Origin: Muribaculaceae bacterium
GTDB lineage: Bacteria > Bacteroidota > Bacteroidia > Bacteroidales > Muribaculaceae
Direction: 5' to 3'
Assembly (NCBI GenBank): GCA_017396945.1
Contig: JAFQKI010000017.1
Span: 27,967-91,966, forward strand
Length of the DNA: 64,000 nucleotides
Position 1 is the first letter of the stretch. The number at the start of each line of letters is the position of its first letter. Under the pieces are notes generated by a model, which was not told the DNA's origin, searched no databases, and worked only from the letters and a program-made list of their open reading frames with translations. The translations under genes and the position numbers were made by a program. Positions 44,963-52,262 of this stretch are shown here, piece by piece.

Positions 44963-46063
44963 ATGAAAGATAAAAAAATAAGAGTAGGTATTACTCAAGG
45001 CGATATAAATGGCATCGGTTATGAGGTGATATTAAAATCATTTGAAGATGCCCAAATGCTTGAACTCTGCACTCCGGTGCTTTATGGATCAGCCAAAATT
45101 ATGGCTAATTATCGCAAGATGATGGAATTGCCAATGATACCATTCAACCAAATAGGGGTGGCATTAGATGCCAAAGATGGCAATTTTAATATCGTTAATG
45201 TCGTTGATGAAGAGACAAAAGTAGAACCAGGTCAATCGACTCGCGAAGCGGGCGAAGCGGCGTTTGCAGCACTTGAACGTGCTGTAGCCGACTTGCGCAA
45301 CGGCGAGATTGATGTGATTGTTACTGCCCCCATCAACAAGCATAATATCCAAAGTGAGACATTCACTTTCCCCGGTCACACCGAATATCTTGAAACATCA
45401 CTCGGCGAGGATGGCGAAAAGGCGTTGATGATACTCTGTAACGACAACTTACGTGTAGCTCTCGTTACGGGACACTTGCCTATCGCCAAAGTGCCTGCAG
45501 CGATAACCAAAGATGCTATCATCGAAAAATTGGAGATTTTCAACAAGTCGTTGAAACAAGATTTCGGCATCGACCGCCCACGCATTGCGGTGTTGTCGCT
45601 CAATCCTCATGCCGGAGAAAACGGTCTCCTTGGCATGGAAGAACAAGAAATCATAACACCTGCGATAGAAGAAGCATATGCAAAAAGAATCTATTGTTTC
45701 GGTCCATACGCTGCCGATGGTTTGTTTGGTAGCGGACAATACGCTCGATTTGACGGAGTGTTGGCAATGTATCACGACCAAGGCTTGGCTCCTTTCAAAA
45801 CAATGGCGATGGACAATGGTGTTAACTATACCGCCGGATTGCCCTATGTGCGGACATCACCCGACCATGGAACCGGATACGATATTGCCGGCAAAGGTAT
45901 TGCATCGGAAGCCTCATTCCGTCAAGCTATTTATCAAGCAATAGATATTTACTACACTCGTGAGAATGAGGAATATATACATCGCCACCCATTGCGCCGT
46001 CAATACTTTGACAAGAGCAAAGACAATGTGGTGCTCGACTTGACAAAAGATGCTGAAGAATAA
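44963..46063 (+). CDS. pdxA: 4-hydroxythreonine-4-phosphate dehydrogenase
   Basis: 366 aa. Contains GDINGIGYEV, VTAPINK, FPGHTEYL, LNPHAGE and RTSPDHGTGYDIAGKG. Confidence 0.9.
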   Translation: MKDKKIRVGITQGDINGIGYEVILKSFEDAQMLELCTPVLYGSAKIMANYRKMMELPMIPFNQIGVALDAKDGNFNIVNVVDEETKVEPGQSTREAGEAAFAALERAVADLRNGEIDVIVTAPINKHNIQSETFTFPGHTEYLETSLGEDGEKALMILCNDNLRVALVTGHLPIAKVPAAITKDAIIEKLEIFNKSLKQDFGIDRPRIAVLSLNPHAGENGLLGMEEQEIITPAIEEAYAKRIYCFGPYAADGLFGSGQYARFDGVLAMYHDQGLAPFKTMAMDNGVNYTAGLPYVRTSPDHGTGYDIAGKGIASEASFRQAIYQAIDIYYTRENEEYIHRHPLRRQYFDKSKDNVVLDLTKDAEE

Positions 46064-46088
46064 CGACTAAATCAGAAATTTAGATATA

Positions 46089-46787
46089 ATGAATTATGCA
46101 ATAATCGCAGCCGGTGAAGGCTCGCGTCTTGTTCAAGAGGGGGTAAAACTCCCCAAACCACTTGTGACACTCAATGGCACTCCGATGATACGTCGCTTGA
46201 TTGATATTTTCATGCGTTGCAACCCCACATCGTTAAGCATCATCGTCAACGAAGAGATGCACCAAGTGAGAGAGTATCTTGAAAGCCTCGAATTGCCGGT
46301 ACCATTTAAATTGGTGGTTAAATCGACTCCAAGTTCGATGCACAGTTTTTATGAAGTGAGCCGTCATTTTGATAGTGGCAAATTCTGCCTGACCACTGTC
46401 GATACCATTTTTCGTGAGGATGAGTTTCGCAAATATATTGAGGCTTTTGAGGCCGATGAGCAAGCCGACGGCTACATGGCTGTGACATCGTTTATTGACG
46501 ATGAAAAGCCATTGTATATCGACACTGACGATAAAATGAACATTACCGCATTTCGCGATAGTGCATGGGATGGGGTGAAATTTATCTCAGGTGGTGTTTA
46601 TGGGCTTACTCTACCTGCGTTAAAGGTGCTTGAGGATTGCATGGCAAACGGCGTTTCACGCATGCGCAACTATCAGCGTGCGCTCGTTGATGCCGGTTTG
46701 AGACTGAAAGCACATCAGTTTGACAAAATCGTTGACGTGGATCATGCCGGCGATATCGCAACCGCCGAAGCATTTGTCTCTCAATAA
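46089..46787 (+). CDS. NTP-transferase domain protein, candidate inositol-phosphate (or other alcohol-phosphate) cytidylyltransferase
   Basis: 232 aa. N-terminal AIIAAGEGSRL...LPKPLV nucleotidyltransferase signature. It sits in an operon-like run with a CDP-alcohol transferase, a HAD protein and MIPS. Confidence 0.6.
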   Translation: MNYAIIAAGEGSRLVQEGVKLPKPLVTLNGTPMIRRLIDIFMRCNPTSLSIIVNEEMHQVREYLESLELPVPFKLVVKSTPSSMHSFYEVSRHFDSGKFCLTTVDTIFREDEFRKYIEAFEADEQADGYMAVTSFIDDEKPLYIDTDDKMNITAFRDSAWDGVKFISGGVYGLTLPALKVLEDCMANGVSRMRNYQRALVDAGLRLKAHQFDKIVDVDHAGDIATAEAFVSQ

Positions 46788-46824
46788 TTTAAAATTTAGA
46801 GCTAACCAAAACAATTATATAACG

Positions 46825-47688
46825 ATGGCAGAGATAACAATAGCCGGAATTATGAGGGCCGGGGCATACTCGCCCAATCACATTGGCAACGATGCCGCGA
46901 TTTTCAACGTGGTTGCCGACCAATTGCGCAAGCGTGGATGTGTGGTTAATGTCTATAGCGAGGAGCAATTGATAGCCGGTGATATAACCGAAAATATCAT
47001 CGTGAATATGTGTCGCGAGCAGAAATCTATCGCATTGTTACAACAACTTGAAGATAGCGGGAAAATTGTGATTAACTCCGGATATGGCATTGAAAATTGC
47101 ACTCGTGAGCGCATGACTCGCATTCTTATCGGTAGCAACATCCCATATCCTGAAAGTCTGATGGTCAATACCAACGAAAATATCAAAGACGCTCTTCAAA
47201 AGGGTGATTATACTCAATGTTGGATTAAACGTGGAGACTTCCATGCTATGCATAAAGAAGATGTGAGCTATGTGCGCCATCCCGAAGAAGCTCAAGAAGT
47301 GCTCCAAGAGTATTTTTTGCGTGGCATTAATCGTGCTGTCATCAATAAGCACCTTGTTGGCGACTTAGTGAAGTTCTATGGCGTACAAGGCACTCCATTC
47401 TTCTTCTGGTTTTACCCATTTGACTTGGGACACAGCAAGTATGGACATGAAGCAATTAACGGCAAGTCACAAGGCATTGAATTTGATGTTGAAAAAATGC
47501 GTGAGATCTGTCAAAGCGCATCAGAAGTGCTTGACGTGAAAATATATGGTGGCGACTGCATCGTGTCACCCGATGGTGATATCAAAATCATTGATTTCAA
47601 CGATTGGCCAAGTTTTGCCCCATGTCGCATGGAGGCAGCACCCCATATCGCGAAATGTATTCTCAGTGAAATCAAAAATCGTAAATAA
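46825..47688 (+). CDS. ATP-grasp fold protein (ITPK1/RimK-like), function unknown
   Basis: 287 aa counted from ATG 46825 (MAEITIAGIM...). Central CWIKRGDFHAMHKEDV, INKHLVGDLVKFYGV and C-terminal YGGDCIVSPDGDIKIIDFNDWPSF fit the ATP-grasp pattern. The last motif resembles the IDxNxFPG(Y/F) motif of inositol-polyphosphate 5/6-kinases. Confidence 0.5.
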   Translation: MAEITIAGIMRAGAYSPNHIGNDAAIFNVVADQLRKRGCVVNVYSEEQLIAGDITENIIVNMCREQKSIALLQQLEDSGKIVINSGYGIENCTRERMTRILIGSNIPYPESLMVNTNENIKDALQKGDYTQCWIKRGDFHAMHKEDVSYVRHPEEAQEVLQEYFLRGINRAVINKHLVGDLVKFYGVQGTPFFFWFYPFDLGHSKYGHEAINGKSQGIEFDVEKMREICQSASEVLDVKIYGGDCIVSPDGDIKIIDFNDWPSFAPCRMEAAPHIAKCILSEIKNRK

Positions 47689-47705
47689 AAATCAAGACCA
47701 ACGAT

Positions 47706-48662
47706 ATGAGTGACCTATCTTCAAACACAAGCGAAAAAAAATCAAGCTATCGCGACTCGCTCAAGTCGATGGATACCGAAGAAACATTTGACTTGATTTT
47801 TTATCGTCGCATTGGATTTGCTTGGGCTTGTCTCGCTAAAAAACTTGGCGTAACCCCTAACGCAATTACCATCGCATCTATATTTCTCGGCATCGGAGCC
47901 AGTGTGATGTTTTATTACAATAACATCTGGCTAAACGTAGTAGGTATGCTGTTGCTCATTTGGGCAAACTCATTCGACAGTGCCGACGGCCAATTGGCTC
48001 GCATGACAAAACAGTATTCACGCATCGGGCGCATTCTTGATGGTATGAGTGGCGACCTTTGGTTTGCAGCGATTTATGTGGCAATCTGCTTGCGTGAAAA
48101 TGCTACAACCGATTTCTTCGGCGACCACTCATGGCTCATTTGGGTGGTGGCAGTCGTAACCGGACTTTTTCACGCTCAACAAGCGGCGATGGCCGACTAT
48201 TACCGTAACTTCCACCTGTATTTCCTCAAAGGTGAAGAGGGTAGCGAACTTGACTCCACTGCTCAATTGCAAACCAAATTAGACGAGCTTTCATGGCGCA
48301 AAAACTTCATGCAGAAGTTGACATTGACATTTTATACCAACTATACCAAAGGTCAAGAACGCTTGACCCCCTCAATGCAAAAGTTGCGAGGGAAATTGCG
48401 CACACAATGGGGTGGCAATTTTGCGACTCAAGAATTTCGCGACGCGTTCCGCGCAAAGAGTCTCCCATTGATGAAATACACCAATATGCTATCGTTCAAC
48501 ACTCGCGTCTTTGCATTATTCGCAGCATTGTTCATAGGTATGCCTTGGTTGTATTTTGCATTTGAATTAACTGTGCTTAATATCATGTTGGTATATATGG
48601 TGATGCGTCACGAAAGAATATGTAAAAACTTTATTATCGAACTTGAAAATGGCAAGTATTAA
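47706..48662 (+). CDS. CDP-alcohol phosphatidyltransferase family membrane protein
   Basis: 318 aa, multi-TM. The signature D91-SA-DG-QL-AR-x8-G-RIL-D-GMSG-D has a last spacing of 4 rather than the usual 3. Confidence 0.75.
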   Translation: MSDLSSNTSEKKSSYRDSLKSMDTEETFDLIFYRRIGFAWACLAKKLGVTPNAITIASIFLGIGASVMFYYNNIWLNVVGMLLLIWANSFDSADGQLARMTKQYSRIGRILDGMSGDLWFAAIYVAICLRENATTDFFGDHSWLIWVVAVVTGLFHAQQAAMADYYRNFHLYFLKGEEGSELDSTAQLQTKLDELSWRKNFMQKLTLTFYTNYTKGQERLTPSMQKLRGKLRTQWGGNFATQEFRDAFRAKSLPLMKYTNMLSFNTRVFALFAALFIGMPWLYFAFELTVLNIMLVYMVMRHERICKNFIIELENGKY

Positions 48663-49356
48663 GGGCGTTATATTTGACTATGGTGGCACTATCGATAGTC
48701 GTGGCGTACATTGGAGCGAAATCATTTGGGACGGCTACCAATTTGCCGGTGTAAACGTAACTAAAGAACAATTTCGCGAATGTTATGTGTTTGCCGAACG
48801 AGAACTCGCACGCACTCTACACATTCTCCCTCACCACAATTTCCATGACCTATTGGTTATTAAAATGAATATCGAGATGGATTATCTTGTGGAACAGGGA
48901 TTGATGACCAAAGAAACAGCGAAACAAGCAGCTCCGATAGTGGCAAAGTATTGCTATGACCAAGCTCGTGAGTGTATTGAAGAGGCTCGACCGACAATTG
49001 AGGCATTATATGATAAATACCCACTTGTATTAGTCTCTAATTTCTACGGAAATGTAGAAAGCGTACTTGCCGACTTTGACTTGCGTCGCTATTTTAAAGA
49101 AATCGTAGAATCGGCAGTAGTGGGAGTGCGCAAACCCGATCCTAAAATTTTTGCGCTTGGTGTTGAGGCTCTTGGTTTGCAACCCGAAGAGGTGCTAGTG
49201 ATAGGTGACAGTTATAAAAAAGATATAGTACCCGCCGAAACAATCGGTTGCCAAGTGGCATGGATTAAGGGTAAAGGTTGGACTGCCGATGAAGATGCGG
49301 TAAACCACCCTGCGATTGTCAAAAAACTTGACGAAGTGCTCAATGTGGCATTTTGA
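48649..49356 (+). CDS. HAD-superfamily hydrolase (candidate phosphatase of the inositol cluster) with atypical motif I
   Basis: 235 aa counted from MASIKGVIFDYGGTIDS; the track start is 48643. It overlaps the upstream stop by 14-20 nt. Motif I reads D-Y-G-G-T, so the usual Asp+2 is Gly. Motif III/IV regions are K(P)DP...GDSYKKD. Confidence 0.7.
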   Translation: MASIKGVIFDYGGTIDSRGVHWSEIIWDGYQFAGVNVTKEQFRECYVFAERELARTLHILPHHNFHDLLVIKMNIEMDYLVEQGLMTKETAKQAAPIVAKYCYDQARECIEEARPTIEALYDKYPLVLVSNFYGNVESVLADFDLRRYFKEIVESAVVGVRKPDPKIFALGVEALGLQPEEVLVIGDSYKKDIVPAETIGCQVAWIKGKGWTADEDAVNHPAIVKKLDEVLNVAF

Positions 49357-49581
49357 TTGGTTAACAATTGAATTGGAGAATTAGCCTTAAATTCAAGTTT
49401 ATTTGCTAAAATGGCGAAATTTTAGCAGTGATTTACAAAAAATAGGGAAGTTTATCAGTCAACTAATTTTACAATTCAAAACTTATATGTATTTTTACAC
49501 GCTTTTTGTGATGTAAATCCTTAAAAGCATGACAAATCAGAAAAAAGTAAACATAAATAACCAAATTTATTCAATTCAATC

Positions 49582-50886
49582 ATGAGTAATGAAGTAAAAA
49601 AAGCCGAAGGTAAACTCGGTGTTATGGTTGTAGGTCTCGGTGCTGTGACTACAACATTTATGACCGGTGTCTTGATGGCACGCAAAGGTCTTGCAAAGCC
49701 TGTTGGCGCGATGACTCAATATGACAAAATTCGCGTTGGAAAAGGTGCTGATAAGAAATATCTTAAATACAACGAAATCGTTTCTATCGCTGACCTCAAC
49801 GACATCGTGTTTGGCGCATGGGACGTATATCCTGCAAACGCATACGATGCAGCCATCAATGCTGCGGTTCTTAAAGAAAAAGACATCAACCCCGTAAAAG
49901 ACGAGCTTGAAAAAATCGTTCCTTTGAAAGCTGCGTTTGACAAGAACTACGCAAAACGTCTTGAAGGCGACAACGTAAAAGAATGCAAGGATCGTTGGGA
50001 TATGACCGAACAACTTCGCGAAGACATCCGCAACTTCAAGAAAGAAAACGGAGTTGATCGTGTTGTAGTTCTTTGGGCAGCATCTACCGAAGTTTATGTT
50101 CCTATTAACGAAGAAGTACACTATAAACTCGCTGATCTCGAAGCTGCAATGAAGGCTAACGATGTTGAAAACATCGCTCCTTCTATGTGCTATGCTTATG
50201 CAGCTCTTGCTGAAGGTGCTCCTTTCATCATGGGTGCCCCCAACACTACTATCGACATTCCCGCAATGTGGGAAATGGCAGAAAAGACCAAAATGCCTAT
50301 CGCCGGCAAAGACTTCAAAACAGGTCAAACTCTTGTTAAATCAGGTTTCGCTCCTATCATCGGTACTCGTTGCTTAGGCCTTGCAGGTTGGTTCTCAACC
50401 AATATTCTTGGTAACCGTGACGGTCTTGTTCTTGATGAGCCAGCTAACTTCCGCACAAAAGAAGTGAGCAAGCTTTCTACTCTTGAATCAATTCTCGTTC
50501 CTGAAAATCAACCCGACCTATATACCGACTACTACCACAAGGTTCGTATCAACTACTATCCACCTCGCAACGACAACAAAGAAGGTTGGGATAACATTGA
50601 TATCTTTGGCTGGATGGGTTACCCAATGCAAATCAAGATTGACTTCCTCTGTCGCGACTCTATCCTCGCCGCGCCATTGTGTCTTGACCTTGTATTGCTC
50701 AGCGACCTCGCAGCTCGCGCCGGTCGTTACGGAACTCAACGCTTCTTGAGTTTCTTCCTCAAGAGCCCACAACACGACTACACACAAAACGAAGTTCCCG
50801 TCAACCATCTCTTCCAACAATATGTAATGTTGAAGAACGCTATCCGCGAAATGGGTGGTTACGAAGCTGACGAAGAAATCGACTAA
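49582..50886 (+). CDS. myo-inositol-1-phosphate (inositol-3-phosphate) synthase
   Basis: 434 aa. NAD-binding N-terminus KLGVMVVGLGAVTTTF. The length and conserved blocks (NTTIDIPAMWE, KDFKTGQTLVKS, SILAAPLCLDL) are typical of bacterial/archaeal MIPS. Confidence 0.85.
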   Translation: MSNEVKKAEGKLGVMVVGLGAVTTTFMTGVLMARKGLAKPVGAMTQYDKIRVGKGADKKYLKYNEIVSIADLNDIVFGAWDVYPANAYDAAINAAVLKEKDINPVKDELEKIVPLKAAFDKNYAKRLEGDNVKECKDRWDMTEQLREDIRNFKKENGVDRVVVLWAASTEVYVPINEEVHYKLADLEAAMKANDVENIAPSMCYAYAALAEGAPFIMGAPNTTIDIPAMWEMAEKTKMPIAGKDFKTGQTLVKSGFAPIIGTRCLGLAGWFSTNILGNRDGLVLDEPANFRTKEVSKLSTLESILVPENQPDLYTDYYHKVRINYYPPRNDNKEGWDNIDIFGWMGYPMQIKIDFLCRDSILAAPLCLDLVLLSDLAARAGRYGTQRFLSFFLKSPQHDYTQNEVPVNHLFQQYVMLKNAIREMGGYEADEEID

Positions 50887-50917
50887 TAAAAGTAACTTTT
50901 ATTTTTCTTATAGCAAG

Positions 50918-50950
50918 GTTGCACGACTATTCCGGTCGTGCAACTTTTTT
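50918..50950 (+). terminator. rho-independent terminator after the MIPS gene
   Basis: A 10 bp stem, gttgcacgac (50918-50927) paired with gtcgtgcaac (50935-50944), followed by tttttt. Confidence 0.75.
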
Positions 50951-50952
50951 AT

Positions 50953-50960
50953 TATCTTTG
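50953..50960 (+). promoter_or_regulatory. candidate -7 promoter box (TAnnTTTG) only 5 nt upstream of the ATG (possible leaderless mRNA)
   Basis: The sequence is tatctttg cggca ATG(50966). Confidence 0.35.
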
Positions 50961-50965
50961 CGGCA

Positions 50966-51592
50966 ATGAATAATGTTTCAGATAATAAAGTACCGGTCAT
51001 AGGGATTGCGAGGCATCGATTAGCGACCGACGGCAATGGAGTGACAACGCTTGTCGCATTTCATGGTTGCCCATTGCGCTGTAAGTATTGCCTTAACCCC
51101 CAATCATTAGGCGATGACAAACCTCGGCAATGTTATACTGCTGCGTCGTTATATAATGAAGTAAATATCGACAACCTATATTTTATTGCGACCGAGGGTG
51201 GTGTAACATTTGGTGGAGGTGAACCATGTTTGAGGCACGATTTTATACTTCAGTTCAAAGAGCTATGCGGGAATGATTGGAAACTGACATTGGAGACATC
51301 TTTAAACGTACCTCAACGGTTTTTTAGCTCATTGCTACCGGGAATTGATAATTTCATCGTTGATGTTAAAGATATGAACTCAAAAATATATCAATTATAC
51401 ACCGGCAAAGACAACCACAATGTGTTGGATAATTTAAAGCTATTGATTGAACATAATCGACAGCATGACACAATTATACGACTTCCATTGATACCATCAT
51501 TTAACACCGAAGAGGATAGGATTAAAAGCCGAAGCATTCTTGAAAATATGGGATTTCACAATTTCGATATATTTACTTATACTATAAAGTAA
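50966..51592 (+). CDS. small radical SAM enzyme (glycyl-radical-activase-like)
   Basis: 208 aa counted from MNNVSDNKVPV. Contains GNGVTTLVAFHGCPLRCKYCLNP (CxxxCxxC cluster motif) and GGVTFGGGEP. The track ORF starts at 50855, upstream of the terminator and promoter, so the internal start is preferred. Confidence 0.75.
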   Translation: MNNVSDNKVPVIGIARHRLATDGNGVTTLVAFHGCPLRCKYCLNPQSLGDDKPRQCYTAASLYNEVNIDNLYFIATEGGVTFGGGEPCLRHDFILQFKELCGNDWKLTLETSLNVPQRFFSSLLPGIDNFIVDVKDMNSKIYQLYTGKDNHNVLDNLKLLIEHNRQHDTIIRLPLIPSFNTEEDRIKSRSILENMGFHNFDIFTYTIK

Positions 51593-51638
51593 AAAATCAC
51601 TATATTTGTCTTAGTTTAAACCATAACCGATTAATAGC

Positions 51639-52157
51639 ATGTACCGCGGGAAACAGACGTGTCGCATTTTAAAGGAAATACGCCGACAGATTGCAGAAGC
51701 AAACGATATCGAATATGCAACATCAGAGTGTCAATATAAAGGGGACTGCCTTGGCACATGTCCAAAGTGTGAAGCCGAAGTGCAATACCTTGAACGCCAA
51801 CTATCAGCACGTCGTCTTGCCGGCAAATCAATCGCCCTCGCCGGAATATCCGTTAGCTTAATAGCGTTAAGCAGTTGTGGTAATAAGCAACAACCAACGT
51901 TAGAGCTTCCCTTAACAGATACAACTGAACAGTCTCAAAATATAGAAATCACGTCTGGCGCAAACACAACTTTATCAGATAAAGCCCCAACCGATTCTGA
52001 TAAGACCGCAAACAACTCCGACACACTTGAGCGTACAGAGTTTCTAATTGTCGGTGAAATAAATAATCCTGACACTGCCTACAATACAAGCAATTCTGTA
52101 TTAGAAGAATTAGAAGGAGAAGTGAATTATGTACCAGATAACACGCAAATAGAGTAA
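51639..52157 (+). CDS. Cys-rich membrane-anchored or lipoprotein-like protein associated with the radical SAM gene
   Basis: 172 aa. The N-terminal 50 aa hold five Cys (C8, C31, C37, C41, C44; ...ECQYKGDCLGTCPKCEAE). Next comes a hydrophobic segment ending in a lipobox-like LSSC. The tail is low-complexity T/S/N/D/E-rich. Confidence 0.5.
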   Translation: MYRGKQTCRILKEIRRQIAEANDIEYATSECQYKGDCLGTCPKCEAEVQYLERQLSARRLAGKSIALAGISVSLIALSSCGNKQQPTLELPLTDTTEQSQNIEITSGANTTLSDKAPTDSDKTANNSDTLERTEFLIVGEINNPDTAYNTSNSVLEELEGEVNYVPDNTQIE

Positions 52158-52199
52158 TCTAAGAAGCCTATAATGTTGCCAAATACTTCTCAAATCTAA

Positions 52200-52232
52200 A
52201 GCGACCGCTTGATTTTGTGTCAAGCGGTCGCT
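52200..52232. terminator. hairpin terminator between convergent genes (13 bp stem)
   Basis: agcgaccgcttga (52200-52212) pairs with tcaagcggtcgct (52220-52232). Confidence 0.55.
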
Positions 52233-52262
52233 GTTATGTTGAGAAGATATTTCTATCGGGTT

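Noticed and set aside
49576-50328. A 250 aa ORF antisense to the MIPS gene
   Set aside because: The sense ORF is a full-length, motif-bearing inositol-phosphate synthase. The antisense product is Phe/Cys/His-rich and has no start context or promoter.
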